Part shown: positions 47,515 to 60,190 of the stretch, in pieces
Position numbering within the stretch: the stretch's first letter is position 1
Layout of the letters: each line of letters opens with the position of its first letter
Assembly: GCA_025453395.1 (NCBI GenBank)
Contig: JALOQK010000002.1
Coordinates: forward strand, 474,509 to 538,508
Direction: 5' to 3'
DNA: 64,000 nucleotides
DNA from: Candidatus Omnitrophota bacterium
Lineage (GTDB): Bacteria > Omnitrophota > Gorgyraeia > Gygaellales > Profunditerraquicolaceae
Program-made: the position numbers and the translations under genes
Notes under the pieces: model-generated
The model's database searches: none
Told to the model about the DNA's origin: nothing
The model's input: only the letters and a program-made list of their open reading frames with translations

Positions 47515-50028
47515 ATGCTAGAAAAACACCCCCTATTGAAGAAGATACTTTTAACTAGCTTAATTTGCCTTCCGGTTATGGCGCTAGGCGCATATTTCCG
47601 CCTCTATCCTTTAATAAATAAAGGGCCCGCCTATGCCAAGAAAATGGCCACTGAAGTTGTCCATGCGCATTTCAAAGATAAGCTTAGGCTATACATCCAA
47701 AAGACCTACCCAAATCTGGACACTAAAGAAAAGGGCAAACTCTTAAGAATTAAATTTAAAGAATCTTTAATTGATGATGCCGCTGCCATTAGCGCCATGA
47801 TTGAAGAAGGCACAAGAGAGCTTCTTAAATCCGACAATATCCGCGTAAGCCCATTTCTCTTAGAAGCGGATTCCTACAATTTCTACGGCTTAACTGAAAA
47901 TATATACAAAACCGGAAAAATAAGCCCGCAAATAGAAAAGGGAAAATACTTTAATCCGCTGATGCTTGCTCCTTTTGGCAAATGGGAGCCGTTATCATTA
48001 CACCCGTTTCTCGGATACTACCTCTACAGAGTAATTAACCTCTTCGAAACGGGAGTAGAACTCATGGAAGCGATAAAATGGCTAGTAATCCTTATCTCTG
48101 TAATATCAGTTATTCCGTTTTTCCTTGTGTCTTTGCGCCTGAGAATATCTGCGTTAAATACCTTTGTCGGGCTTATTTTCTTTATATTGGGTCCGCTGTT
48201 TGTTCAAAGGACTGTCTGGGGATGGTATGACACAGATGTCTACAACATATTCTTCCCGACGCTGATATTGCTTTCTGTCTTCAGCATGTTTCTTGCGCTG
48301 GATAAGCCTAAGAAGCCGTACCTGATAGCTATGCTGACCTCTTTTCTTACTGCGGCTTATGAACTTTTTTGGCATGGCTGGGGTTTTATTTTTGTAATAA
48401 TGCTGGCGGCGCTTCCTTTTATTCTTCTGGCAGATTACAAATTTAACCACAAACAATATGCCAAAAAAATTATTTTATGCTACGCAACCTATCTTATTTC
48501 TACTTTTTTTTGTATAAGCATACTAATATCCCCGCACACATTCCTGTATACCTTTGAGGAAGGCCTTAAGATGCTCTCCAGTTTCTTAGGCGCAAAATTT
48601 GACCTCTGGCCGAATATTTTCTTGACGGTCGGAGAGACGCAAAGCATGTCTTTGGAAAAAGTTTCGTTTTTAGTAGGGGGAAACTACAACTATATATATT
48701 TCCCGATAGCGGGATGCTTGATGTTTCTTTTTTCTTCCTTTAGGCTAAGAAATATACGCTTGCTGTTTTCAAGTATCCTCTTAACCGTATTCTTACTGGG
48801 AACTCTATATCTGGCTTTAAAAGCAGTAAGGTTTTCCATCCTGCTGAGTGTGCCAGCGGCGCTATGTTTTACCCTTTTCTTAGAATATACATCCAAAGGC
48901 GTAATCTATTTGGTAAAAAACAAATTTAAAAAGCAACATTTTGTAAAACCCGCAAAATCAATTATGGCGGTTATTTTCTTGGCACTAACAATTATCCCGA
49001 TTTCTTCTGCCGATCTAATAGCTGGAAGAATAACGCCTATCTATAACCAAACATGGGATAACGCCATGCAGAAAATAAAAAAGCTCACCCCCGAAAACAG
49101 CATAATTAACACATGGTGGTGCCCGGGGCATTTTATTACGGCTGTTGCCAAAAGGCGCGTAGTGGCCGACGGAGCGTCCCAACAAGAGCCTCAAACCTAC
49201 TGGATCGCTAACGCGCTTCTTTCTAACAGTGAAGAGCTTTCTCTTGGAATATTGCGCATGCTTGATTTGAGCGGCAATAAGGCGTTGGAGTATTTAGAAT
49301 ATGAGCATGGGATGATTGTTTCTGATGCCACAAGCCTCTTAAAGAAGATACTGCCTCTTAACCAACAGGAAGCAGATGCGGTTCTTGCCTCTGAAGGATT
49401 TACACCTGAAGAAAAAACCACGATCTTAAGGATGACGCATCAAACACCTTTTGCGGCATATATAATGGTCTACACGGAAATGGTTGACTCATACGCAGCC
49501 CTTCCCTATATAGGTAATTGGGATTTTAAAAAAGCTGAATATTTAATACTTAACACACAAAGTAATAAAAATATCCGCATACCTTCGCGCGATTCCAAAG
49601 ATTTCTTAGATTTTATTTTCTCTCTATCAGGAGGATTACCTGCCTGCAGCCCCAGATACAATGAAGTTGCGCGAAAAGACAATAAGATAAGGTTTGAAAA
49701 TAACTTCGTACTCAATATTGACACAAAAGAAGGTTTTATAATCTCGCAAAAGGACGGGTCAATAATCCAACCCAAAAGCATATTCTATGCGGAAAATGGC
49801 CAGCTTCAAGAAAAGAAATACGCCTCCAGCACTCTCCCATATTCCGTGCTTTTAGCAGAAAACAATAACTCGTACGCGATATTTCTGCTTGATGAATCGG
49901 TAGCAAAGTCATTCCTTTTCAAGCTTTATTATCTTAAAGGCAAGACTCTAAAACACTTCACGCCTGTCTTTACCGAGGAAAGCCCCACTAAAGATATGGT
50001 AATAATGTTGTATAGAATAAACTGGTAG
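47515..50028 (+). CDS. STT3/PglB/AglB-type oligosaccharyltransferase (GT66) with WWCPG variant motif
   Basis: EADSY, GWYDTD (DxD), TVGE, ~13 TMs, INTWWCPGH, ADG, periplasmic C-terminal domain. Confidence 0.85.
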   Translation: MLEKHPLLKKILLTSLICLPVMALGAYFRLYPLINKGPAYAKKMATEVVHAHFKDKLRLYIQKTYPNLDTKEKGKLLRIKFKESLIDDAAAISAMIEEGTRELLKSDNIRVSPFLLEADSYNFYGLTENIYKTGKISPQIEKGKYFNPLMLAPFGKWEPLSLHPFLGYYLYRVINLFETGVELMEAIKWLVILISVISVIPFFLVSLRLRISALNTFVGLIFFILGPLFVQRTVWGWYDTDVYNIFFPTLILLSVFSMFLALDKPKKPYLIAMLTSFLTAAYELFWHGWGFIFVIMLAALPFILLADYKFNHKQYAKKIILCYATYLISTFFCISILISPHTFLYTFEEGLKMLSSFLGAKFDLWPNIFLTVGETQSMSLEKVSFLVGGNYNYIYFPIAGCLMFLFSSFRLRNIRLLFSSILLTVFLLGTLYLALKAVRFSILLSVPAALCFTLFLEYTSKGVIYLVKNKFKKQHFVKPAKSIMAVIFLALTIIPISSADLIAGRITPIYNQTWDNAMQKIKKLTPENSIINTWWCPGHFITAVAKRRVVADGASQQEPQTYWIANALLSNSEELSLGILRMLDLSGNKALEYLEYEHGMIVSDATSLLKKILPLNQQEADAVLASEGFTPEEKTTILRMTHQTPFAAYIMVYTEMVDSYAALPYIGNWDFKKAEYLILNTQSNKNIRIPSRDSKDFLDFIFSLSGGLPACSPRYNEVARKDNKIRFENNFVLNIDTKEGFIISQKDGSIIQPKSIFYAENGQLQEKKYASSTLPYSVLLAENNNSYAIFLLDESVAKSFLFKLYYLKGKTLKHFTPVFTEESPTKDMVIMLYRINW

Positions 50029-50032
50029 GAAA

Positions 50033-50587
50033 TTACGCGGCAACCACCGTCTTGGTAATAGACATATTGCACTTAACGGTGCCTTTTTCTTTATCCTTAG
50101 ATGCGATATTATAGCTTACAATATTGAAAAGGCTGTTTGAGGTTTCCAGACGGAAAATAAAATCGGCCAATTGCTCCATTGTGGCTTCGCATGACAAGCT
50201 TACAGAATATTTCTTCATCAGCTTCTCTTCTTTCAAATCCACCGGCTTAATCTCCCCTAAACTGACATTAGCCTTATTCGCTAATGTCTCTATTTCTTTT
50301 AATATAGAAGACAGCTCTTCTTCCTGTGATGTGGCATTAGATAAATAAACCGAGAATTCTTGGTCTTGTTTCTGGATTAAATCTTTCTGTGAAAGAATTT
50401 TCAGGTTTTTCTTTATGGAAAGCTCCTGCATGCGTATCTGCTCTTCCTGTGAACCTATTTTAGCTAAAATCGCGCTTAACACCAAACGGTCAAAAATAGC
50501 CATCACTAAAAATGCTACAGCTATATAAGTAATCAACTTTTCCTGTTTAGAAAATTTACTCCAATTAAATTCTAACTTACTGGCCAT
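50033..50587 (-). CDS. PilO/GspM-like inner-membrane platform protein
   Basis: N-terminal TM, coiled coil, IE.LA....V, L..F+..LE ferredoxin-like tail. Confidence 0.75.
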   Translation of the reverse strand: MASKLEFNWSKFSKQEKLITYIAVAFLVMAIFDRLVLSAILAKIGSQEEQIRMQELSIKKNLKILSQKDLIQKQDQEFSVYLSNATSQEEELSSILKEIETLANKANVSLGEIKPVDLKEEKLMKKYSVSLSCEATMEQLADFIFRLETSNSLFNIVSYNIASKDKEKGTVKCNMSITKTVVAA

Positions 50588-50590
50588 ATT

Positions 50591-52021
50591 TTACCTCTGC
50601 TCTAATTTAGCGCTTATTTCAAAATCAGCCACATCTTTACCCGCCTCTTTACGGTTAGCGGTATTTTGGGCGGTAACATCTTTAAAATACTTTGAATTTT
50701 CTAAGGAAGTAACAAGCGCGAACACCTCCGACATGGCCTCAGCTGTCCCTTTAATGAATATAGTTGAATCCTGATCAATGCTTATATTCTTTAAATATAC
50801 GCTTGTGGGAATTAGCTCATAAAGCCATGATATAGAATCTAAAGCGTGATTTTTCTTTTTGAGGGCGTCTTTTATAACAATGATCTTGCTTAATTTACCT
50901 TCAAGATTAGCCACATCCGGAGAGGTGCTTTTAAGCTGTTCTTGAAGCCCGGAAAGATATACCCCGCGGTAATAAATCCTCACCAGAAGCATCGCGCAGA
51001 TGAAGATAACTATAAGCATTACCAAGAACCCGCTCTTGATGATTTCCTTGCTTCTTTCCTGAAAAGCCATCTTTAATTTTAAATCCAGCGGCCTTAAGTC
51101 TATCCTGGCATCCTCTGCCGAAATAACCAAAGCGATTAAAGATGACAAGGCCAGCTTTTTATCCTCCTGTATAACCTCGGCAGGGACAGAAACACTCTTA
51201 TAAAACAAAAGGTCCTTGGACGGCATAGTAAATGCCATTGAGGCGCTTGCCTTAACTAACTCCACCATATCAACGGGGCCTATGAAATTGATTTCATCTG
51301 GCATAACATCTATTTCTTCGGCGCGGTAAGCGTCAAAAGACTTCTTAAGCTCATCAGCAAACCTTAAGATACTTGCATTCTTATCAGCTAAGAAATCATT
51401 ATGCCCAACCGGGATATTTCTGACAAAAACACTCATACCTTTAGATATAATAATAAAATCAGAATTAACCTGAGATATTCTAACAACAACGCTGGGGCTG
51501 GCTTTTTTCTCTATCTTAAGCAGTTTTATGCAAGATAAGCCTATATTTTCCGCGGCGTATTGCACGCGGGCGACTTGGAAACCTGCTAAGTTGATAATTT
51601 CTATCTGCCTCTTAAGCTCTGCCTGCACGACTATCACAACCAAAACTTTAGTATAACTATTATGATATGTGCCGATATTGACATGATCAATGATAATTTC
51701 TTCTCTTGCGTAAGGGGTATATCTTCCGGATTGAAGATCAATTATCTCTTTTATTTCCTTATCGCTTGTGGAGGGCACTTCTATATTCTTAGTGATAACA
51801 GCGTGGGAATCAATGCTTAAAATAACTCTGAAATTGCTTGCCTTAAGCGCCTTGACATTGTCCTTAAGCAACTTCGCAATACCAATGGCATCACAAGATT
51901 TAATATCAAAAACTTTAATCCCTGTTATTTCATATTTAGCGCCTGCGCGCTTGCCGTAACATAAATTTACAGTATCCCCGCGGAAATTTACCGCAAGCAC
52001 ATTTCGTATTTTATCAGCCAT
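50591..52021 (-). CDS. PilM-PilN fusion (GspL-like)
   Basis: Cytoplasmic PilM-like region (PYAREE..ID, ELKKSFDAY), IDLRP, TM, then PilN-like IP..VYL...IKGTA...LE.S.YF. Confidence 0.75.
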   Translation of the reverse strand: MADKIRNVLAVNFRGDTVNLCYGKRAGAKYEITGIKVFDIKSCDAIGIAKLLKDNVKALKASNFRVILSIDSHAVITKNIEVPSTSDKEIKEIIDLQSGRYTPYAREEIIIDHVNIGTYHNSYTKVLVVIVVQAELKRQIEIINLAGFQVARVQYAAENIGLSCIKLLKIEKKASPSVVVRISQVNSDFIIISKGMSVFVRNIPVGHNDFLADKNASILRFADELKKSFDAYRAEEIDVMPDEINFIGPVDMVELVKASASMAFTMPSKDLLFYKSVSVPAEVIQEDKKLALSSLIALVISAEDARIDLRPLDLKLKMAFQERSKEIIKSGFLVMLIVIFICAMLLVRIYYRGVYLSGLQEQLKSTSPDVANLEGKLSKIIVIKDALKKKNHALDSISWLYELIPTSVYLKNISIDQDSTIFIKGTAEAMSEVFALVTSLENSKYFKDVTAQNTANRKEAGKDVADFEISAKLEQR

Positions 52022-52023
52022 AA

Positions 52024-53052
52024 CTATGCCCCGTTCTTAATACTTTCTCGCCAATACTTTACTGACCCGGACAACACATCATAAACACAATCCACATCTA
52101 TTAATCTTTTGCCTGCCCCATAACCTGCTTTTGCGTGCAAATGAACACAGGAAGATTTATCCGTTAACAGGCCATTTAGGGCCTTTTGCAGCTGTTCAAT
52201 TTCAGACTGCATCAAAACCGAATCTTTATTTAAATCTTCAATATAATTTTTGATTTCTTCTTCTACAACATCATCTTCTGTCCCGCATATTTTATCCGCG
52301 CCCTTACGGAACATGCTGATCTTTTTCACAAGAACACTGTCTAAACCTAAAATCTCAAGGACCTTAAGGGAAGCTGAATTAATATTAACCCTGCCATTAC
52401 CATAAATAGTAACATATGATTTGATTTTATTAAAGTCTTCTTCTTGCATCCCGGGGATATCTTTTAACTCATCGATAAACTCAATATTAGAGTTCTTAAG
52501 CCACGCAGAAGACGCGAACCCATAAAAAACTTCTTCGGCAGCTGCATTACTGGCTAAATCATCATTATCTCTATAATCAATAATACGGTTACTTAAATCT
52601 TCGGCCTTAGCATCGCTTAAAGCGCAAACTTTAACAAAAAGATTCTTAATGGTCTCAAAAGAAGCTGTGTTCAAGTTAATTTTGCTTTCTTCATCAATAA
52701 CCCCGTAACAAACTTCATCCCCGCAAGAACTTCCAAGCTGCCCGTTATAATCCAGAGAAAGATTGATTCCGCCTAATTTTCTTTCCCCGAAGAATTCAGG
52801 GTTATTAGAAAGAACGCTTTTAAGCCCGTAGAACTCTTGCTTTACCCCCTGATTGGCCAGCTGCCATATCCCAAGATCAACCGCTGACATAGCTGCTAAA
52901 CGTAATTTGTCGCTATCCTCTATTCTCTTGACGAATAAAATCTTCTGGTTAACAGCCGCACCGATGAAAACCACAAATACCGTCAAGCATGTTACCACCC
53001 AAAGGCTTAAGAAAAGTATAGAGCCTTCTTTCTTTTTTCTTAATTGACGCAT
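52024..53052 (-). CDS. gspK: Minor pseudopilin GspK
   Basis: G|SIL prepilin-like start, DEESKINLNTA, IIDYRD.D, EL..IPG, VNINSAS. Confidence 0.85.
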   Translation of the reverse strand: MRQLRKKKEGSILFLSLWVVTCLTVFVVFIGAAVNQKILFVKRIEDSDKLRLAAMSAVDLGIWQLANQGVKQEFYGLKSVLSNNPEFFGERKLGGINLSLDYNGQLGSSCGDEVCYGVIDEESKINLNTASFETIKNLFVKVCALSDAKAEDLSNRIIDYRDNDDLASNAAAEEVFYGFASSAWLKNSNIEFIDELKDIPGMQEEDFNKIKSYVTIYGNGRVNINSASLKVLEILGLDSVLVKKISMFRKGADKICGTEDDVVEEEIKNYIEDLNKDSVLMQSEIEQLQKALNGLLTDKSSCVHLHAKAGYGAGKRLIDVDCVYDVLSGSVKYWRESIKNGA

Positions 53053-53621
53053 AGATTAATTATCCTTGATAAATCTACGGCCCTATTATTCTTTATTATC
53101 CTTATATTAACCCTAACAGCGCTTGGCAAAGGATTGTCGCTTTGCGAATCCCATATTTCTGTAAACTGCTTTTTCTTTGGGTAATAATAACTAAAAGACA
53201 GGCTTTCTACTTTCTCCACGATAGGGCTGGGGCTGACCGCATATTTACTCACTTTGACCGCTTTCCAACTGTTAAATGTGCGTAAAATATCTTTATTATC
53301 TTGGTCAAAATAATACCTAACGCGCCCCAAACCTAAATAGCTTGTTTTATCCTGATGGACATAATCTACCGTGGTAAATGATAATTCTTTTTGGCTGCCA
53401 TAACCTAAAATACGCGAGAAAACGCATAAATTATGCAGGTCATTGGTTATTTTATCAAAAAATACTGCCACCTGCACATCCCCGGAGCCGTCTTTTATTC
53501 TCTGCCAAATTTTTACTCCAGAAGAAAAACTCTGATACACCAGAACCCCTAATACCGCCAACAAAACAACAACTATATTTAATTCAATAAAACTAAACCC
53601 AGGGTGAGTTTTAATCTTCAA
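53040..53621 (-). CDS. Minor pseudopilin, GspJ-like
   Basis: G|FSFIEL prepilin motif; LPSAVRV C-terminus. Confidence 0.75.
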   Translation of the reverse strand: MKIKTHPGFSFIELNIVVVLLAVLGVLVYQSFSSGVKIWQRIKDGSGDVQVAVFFDKITNDLHNLCVFSRILGYGSQKELSFTTVDYVHQDKTSYLGLGRVRYYFDQDNKDILRTFNSWKAVKVSKYAVSPSPIVEKVESLSFSYYYPKKKQFTEIWDSQSDNPLPSAVRVNIRIIKNNRAVDLSRIINLCVN

Positions 53622-54018
53622 AATAAAAACCTCGCGAGAAATCTATTTTTTTAGCCTCGTTTACTATCGTCAAAACCAACCCTGCATGATACATATTCTT
53701 CTTTGGTGGTTTTTCTTGCGTGACAGGCGAGATATTTGTTTTCCAGGAATAACTGACACCGGATTCTTGGCCTAGAAATGATGCCAACCCGGAGGCAAAA
53801 ATCTTGGCCTTCCCAGGAGAATTCTTCATTTCCCAAACAAGATTATTAGCCACACAGGAAACCGCTATTCTTTTTAGCAAATACTGGTCTATGCTTAAAG
53901 ACCTTAACAAAGACTGGAAAATAACCACTATCGCCAAAGACAAAATAGCGCTTGTAAGCATAATCTCCACCAAGGTAAATCCCGCTATTGTTTTGCTACT
54001 GCCAATTGGAGATATCAT
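53611..54018 (-). CDS. Minor pseudopilin, GspI/H-like
   Basis: Start moved to ATG 54018 (overlaps the gspG end); G|FTLVEI motif. Confidence 0.7.
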   Translation of the reverse strand: MISPIGSSKTIAGFTLVEIMLTSAILSLAIVVIFQSLLRSLSIDQYLLKRIAVSCVANNLVWEMKNSPGKAKIFASGLASFLGQESGVSYSWKTNISPVTQEKPPKKNMYHAGLVLTIVNEAKKIDFSRGFYFED

Positions 54019-54412
54019 CCTTGCTTTCCTTGCCGTCCTTTCCCAAACTCCAGAGATCATAATCTGGGCGATGCTCACCAGGAGATTTATACAAATATTC
54101 TTTACCCCATGGATCAGCTGGCCTTCTTTCTAAATATGGGCCATTCCAGTTTTCCGGCACAGGGGAAATTGTCGGCTTTATCATCAACGCAATTAAATTC
54201 TGCTCTGTGGTCGGGAAGCTGCCGTTATCTAATTCATAAAGCTTCAAGGCTGTAGCAAGATTAACTGTGATATCGGCCTTACAAGCAGCGGTTTTGGCTT
54301 GTTCGGACCGGCCGACAAGCCGCGGTAAGACCATAGCGGATAATGAACTTATAATTATCACCACCAGCAATATTTCTATTAAAGTAAATCCTTCTTGCTT
54401 TTTTTTATTCAT
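53996..54412 (-). CDS. gspG: Major pseudopilin GspG
   Basis: G|FTLIEI, Y.LDNG.FPTTEQ.L.AL, WNGPYL, DPWG..Y.Y.SPG, DDISNW. Confidence 0.92.
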   Translation of the reverse strand: MNKKKQEGFTLIEILLVVIIISSLSAMVLPRLVGRSEQAKTAACKADITVNLATALKLYELDNGSFPTTEQNLIALMIKPTISPVPENWNGPYLERRPADPWGKEYLYKSPGEHRPDYDLWSLGKDGKESKDDISNWQ

Positions 54413-54424
54413 AGGGTAATAGGG

Positions 54425-55630
54425 TTAATTTACAAATAAATTAAGCTGCAATATCGGCAAAAGCATGGCAATTATAACATAACTTAACACTATGCCCACG
54501 ATAAGTATCGTAACCGGCTCAAGGTACGAAGTAATGACTTTAAGGGCATCATCGGTATCTTCCTGAAAATAGCGCGCGATTTCCGCGAACATCTCATCAA
54601 GCCTGCCGGATTCCTCTCCGACGCTAACCAAATTCCCAAAGAATTTAGGCAGGATATTTGATTTCTTTAAATCCACCCCCCAAGCGCCACCCGATCTTAT
54701 CCTTTCAGATGCCGAAGAAATTTCTTTCTTTATGGCTTCATTGTCCATAACAGGTATAGCTAAATCTACGGCCTTTAAAATATTAATTCCGCTTTTAAGT
54801 GAAAGTTCCAAAGAGGCGCTAAAACGCGCCAACTCTGATTTCACAATGAAACCATTATATAAAGGAATTGCTAAAAGCACTTTGCTTAATAGGATTTTAT
54901 TGCGCTTGGCTATATTTCTTAGCACGAAAACTATTAAAATACACGCCAACAAGAACCAAATAAAATAAGACTTTAACAACTGGCTTGCCCAAAGGAGACT
55001 ACTGGTTACCCAGGGAAGCTGTTGCTCTAAATTAACATACATAGAGCTTATTTTGGGGACAACAAACACAAGCATAAAAACTACCGTAGCAAGTCCTACC
55101 AGCAACATAAAACAAGGATATATTAAGGCAAATTTCACTTTTTTGCGCAGTTCATGCTCCTTTATAAGGTACCCGCCTACTCTATCCAAAGCTAAAGATA
55201 AATTGCCGGTATTTTCTCCGGATCTTATAATAGCTATGTATAACCCGGGAAAGACCAGAGGATATTTAGCCAAACAAATCGATAAGGCCGCGCCGGATCT
55301 TACGTCAGCAATAATCTCATCTATAATCTGGGACAGGCCGTTACTTGCGGTTTGTTCTTCTATTATGGCAAGGGCCTTTAATATGGGCACACCGGTTTTT
55401 ACCAAACGCGAAAGCTGGCCTGTAAAGATAATAACCTGTTTTAAGGAAACTTTGGAATGAGCCTGGCTATAGCTTGTGCGCTGCAGATCTCCAGAAACAA
55501 GCTCTAACTTAACAGGCACCAGGCCCTGGCGGTTAAGTAAATCCACAGCGGCATCTCTGTTAGAGGCCTCGAGTATCCCTTCTTTTAGCTCTGTGGGGCT
55601 TTTTTTAGCTGTATATTTAAAATTAGGCAT
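54425..55630 (-). CDS. gspF: Assembly platform protein GspF/PilC
   Basis: GVPIL.AL, GENTGNL, ALIYP, GEESGRL, LEP. Confidence 0.88.
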   Translation of the reverse strand: MPNFKYTAKKSPTELKEGILEASNRDAAVDLLNRQGLVPVKLELVSGDLQRTSYSQAHSKVSLKQVIIFTGQLSRLVKTGVPILKALAIIEEQTASNGLSQIIDEIIADVRSGAALSICLAKYPLVFPGLYIAIIRSGENTGNLSLALDRVGGYLIKEHELRKKVKFALIYPCFMLLVGLATVVFMLVFVVPKISSMYVNLEQQLPWVTSSLLWASQLLKSYFIWFLLACILIVFVLRNIAKRNKILLSKVLLAIPLYNGFIVKSELARFSASLELSLKSGINILKAVDLAIPVMDNEAIKKEISSASERIRSGGAWGVDLKKSNILPKFFGNLVSVGEESGRLDEMFAEIARYFQEDTDDALKVITSYLEPVTILIVGIVLSYVIIAMLLPILQLNLFVN

Positions 55631-55631
55631 A

Positions 55632-57791
55632 TTAAGTCCTTATTTTGCTGCGCTCAATTATAAGCCTGTTTAACTTAGCCCTGTCCGCTCCCGATAGATC
55701 CAGAAAACATATCGCGATATGGTAACTTATGCCATCTTCAACTTCTTCTACCCTGACAACCCTGCTTAAGCAATTTATATTTATTTCCGAAGAGATATTA
55801 ATGCTGATGTCTAAGATCGCGCCTAAAACAAGCGGCTCATGATAACTAAAAAGCACGCCCCCGCCACCAACGTTCTTAGTCATCGTGTTTATATACGGCA
55901 TATCCTGGGTAGGAAATTTATGCTCTTTGGAATAAAATTTCCAGGAAAACGGGATATTAATCGGCAAGCGCGGAAAAAGCCGGCGGGTGTGCGAATCATC
56001 GTATTGTAACGAATCCGTTTCTATAGTAGCCAACGGCGCGGGCTGAACAAACGATTCTTCAGGCTCATCAGCATAATCCTGCTCGGTAACTTTAATAATT
56101 TCTTCAGCGGTAGTAACTCCGGTAATAACCTTTTCCCAACCGTCTTTCCTTAAGGTGCGCATCCCTTCTGAAATAGCCAAAGACCTTAACATCTTTGAAG
56201 ACGGTTTATTAAGAATCGCATCTTTCATGGTAGAATCCATAAAAAGTATTTCAAATATGCCTGTGCGGCCGTGGAAACCTGTAAAGTTGCAAGATTCACA
56301 GCCTGACCCCGTGTAAAGCTTGATTTCCTCCGGGCAGACAATGCCTAATTCTTTGGATATTTGAAGTTTTAGCTTTTGTTTATTAGAGGTATCCTCTTTC
56401 TTGCAAAATGGGCAGATAACCCTGACCAAGCGCTGGGCGATAAAAGCGTCAACGCTTGAAGAAATCAGAAATGCTGGCACTCCTATATCTATCAATCTTG
56501 TAATACCGCTTGGCGCGTCATTGGTATGCAGAGTTGAGAACACTAAATGTCCGGTCAAAGCAGAACGCATGGCGATTTCCGCGGTCTCTAAATCCCTTAC
56601 CTCTCCGATCATGATCACGTCCGGATCATGCCTTAAAATAGACCTCAAGCCCTTCGCGAAAGTAAGCCCTATTTCAGAAGAAACTTGGATTTGCACTAAC
56701 CCGGGTATTTCATATTCCACCGGATCCTCTATGGTGACAATCTTCTTTTCTTTTTTATCAATGCGCGATAGACAGGTATAAAGAGTGGTAGTCTTACCGC
56801 TTCCGGTAGGGCCTGTGACAAAAATAATGCCATGCGGCTTGCTTATTAAATTCTCAAATGTCTTTATGTCAGAGGATGAAAGCCCAAGCTTGCCTAAATC
56901 AAAGGTCATTTGGGAAGGCAGTATGCGGATAACCAGGCTTTCGCCATATACGGTAGGGATAAATGATACCCTTAGGTCTAATACCTCATTTTGCACCTTG
57001 ACCACCGCTCTTCCGTCTTGAGGAAGTCGGCGCTCCACAATATTAAGGTTGGCCATAATCTTAATCCTGGAAAGCACTGGTTTCAGGTATGGTTTTATCT
57101 GGCTGGAAAGGCTTGTATCGTACAGAACCCCATCTATGCGATAACGCACGTTAAACTCTCCCCGGCAAGGCTCAATATGAATATCAGTCGCGCGTTTTTT
57201 ATAGGCCTCAAGTATAATTTGATTAACCAGCCTTACTATTGATTTATCATCCGCCAATTTATCTATATCGGAAATCTCTTCCTTGGAAGCTGTATCCAGT
57301 TTAATATTCTCGCTCATGGATTCATCGGAAGTAATCGCTCCCGCAACATCAGCCCCTAAGCCATAAAGCGCGTTAATTTGCTCCAACACATCAGACTCAT
57401 TAGCCATAACCATTTTTATTTCATAACCAAAATGCAGCCTTAATTCATCCTGTGTTTTTATATCAAGCGGATAAATCAATGCTATAGTAAGAAGCCTGCC
57501 CTCTATGCTTACCGGGACAAAACGATAGTGCCACGCGAATTTATAAGGAATGACTTCCGACAAGCGTTTATCTATCTTGATTGAATTAATCTCTAAATAA
57601 GGCAGGCCAAGATCAGATGACAGATTCTTTATGATACTTGTTTCATTGACTAAATTCTCTTTCACCAAAAGGCCAAGAACCGATTTATCAGATGACGCGT
57701 TATTCCTGATAAGCCTTGATAAAACATCCTCTGGAACTATGGCATTCTTGCGCACATAAGATAAGATTATTTCATCAAATTTTGAGTTCAT
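55632..57791 (-). CDS. gspE: GspE/PilB assembly ATPase with a C-terminal PilZ domain
   Basis: ATDIHIEP, RLPQDGR, GPTGSGKTT, EDPVE, GEVRD, TGHLV.STLH, CxxC..CxxC; C-terminal RRLFPR...NVGGGG. Confidence 0.9.
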   Translation of the reverse strand: MNSKFDEIILSYVRKNAIVPEDVLSRLIRNNASSDKSVLGLLVKENLVNETSIIKNLSSDLGLPYLEINSIKIDKRLSEVIPYKFAWHYRFVPVSIEGRLLTIALIYPLDIKTQDELRLHFGYEIKMVMANESDVLEQINALYGLGADVAGAITSDESMSENIKLDTASKEEISDIDKLADDKSIVRLVNQIILEAYKKRATDIHIEPCRGEFNVRYRIDGVLYDTSLSSQIKPYLKPVLSRIKIMANLNIVERRLPQDGRAVVKVQNEVLDLRVSFIPTVYGESLVIRILPSQMTFDLGKLGLSSSDIKTFENLISKPHGIIFVTGPTGSGKTTTLYTCLSRIDKKEKKIVTIEDPVEYEIPGLVQIQVSSEIGLTFAKGLRSILRHDPDVIMIGEVRDLETAEIAMRSALTGHLVFSTLHTNDAPSGITRLIDIGVPAFLISSSVDAFIAQRLVRVICPFCKKEDTSNKQKLKLQISKELGIVCPEEIKLYTGSGCESCNFTGFHGRTGIFEILFMDSTMKDAILNKPSSKMLRSLAISEGMRTLRKDGWEKVITGVTTAEEIIKVTEQDYADEPEESFVQPAPLATIETDSLQYDDSHTRRLFPRLPINIPFSWKFYSKEHKFPTQDMPYINTMTKNVGGGGVLFSYHEPLVLGAILDISINISSEININCLSRVVRVEEVEDGISYHIAICFLDLSGADRAKLNRLIIERSKIRT

Positions 57792-57804
57792 AAATTCTAA
57801 AAGG

Positions 57805-60178
<2,374 letters not shown>

Positions 60179-60190
60179 GCGCGCCCTAAG

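Noticed and set aside
50029-50032. Terminator between the convergent OST and pilO genes (likewise 230-231)
   Set aside because: Only 2-4 bp separate the stop codons and no clear hairpin with a U-tract was seen.
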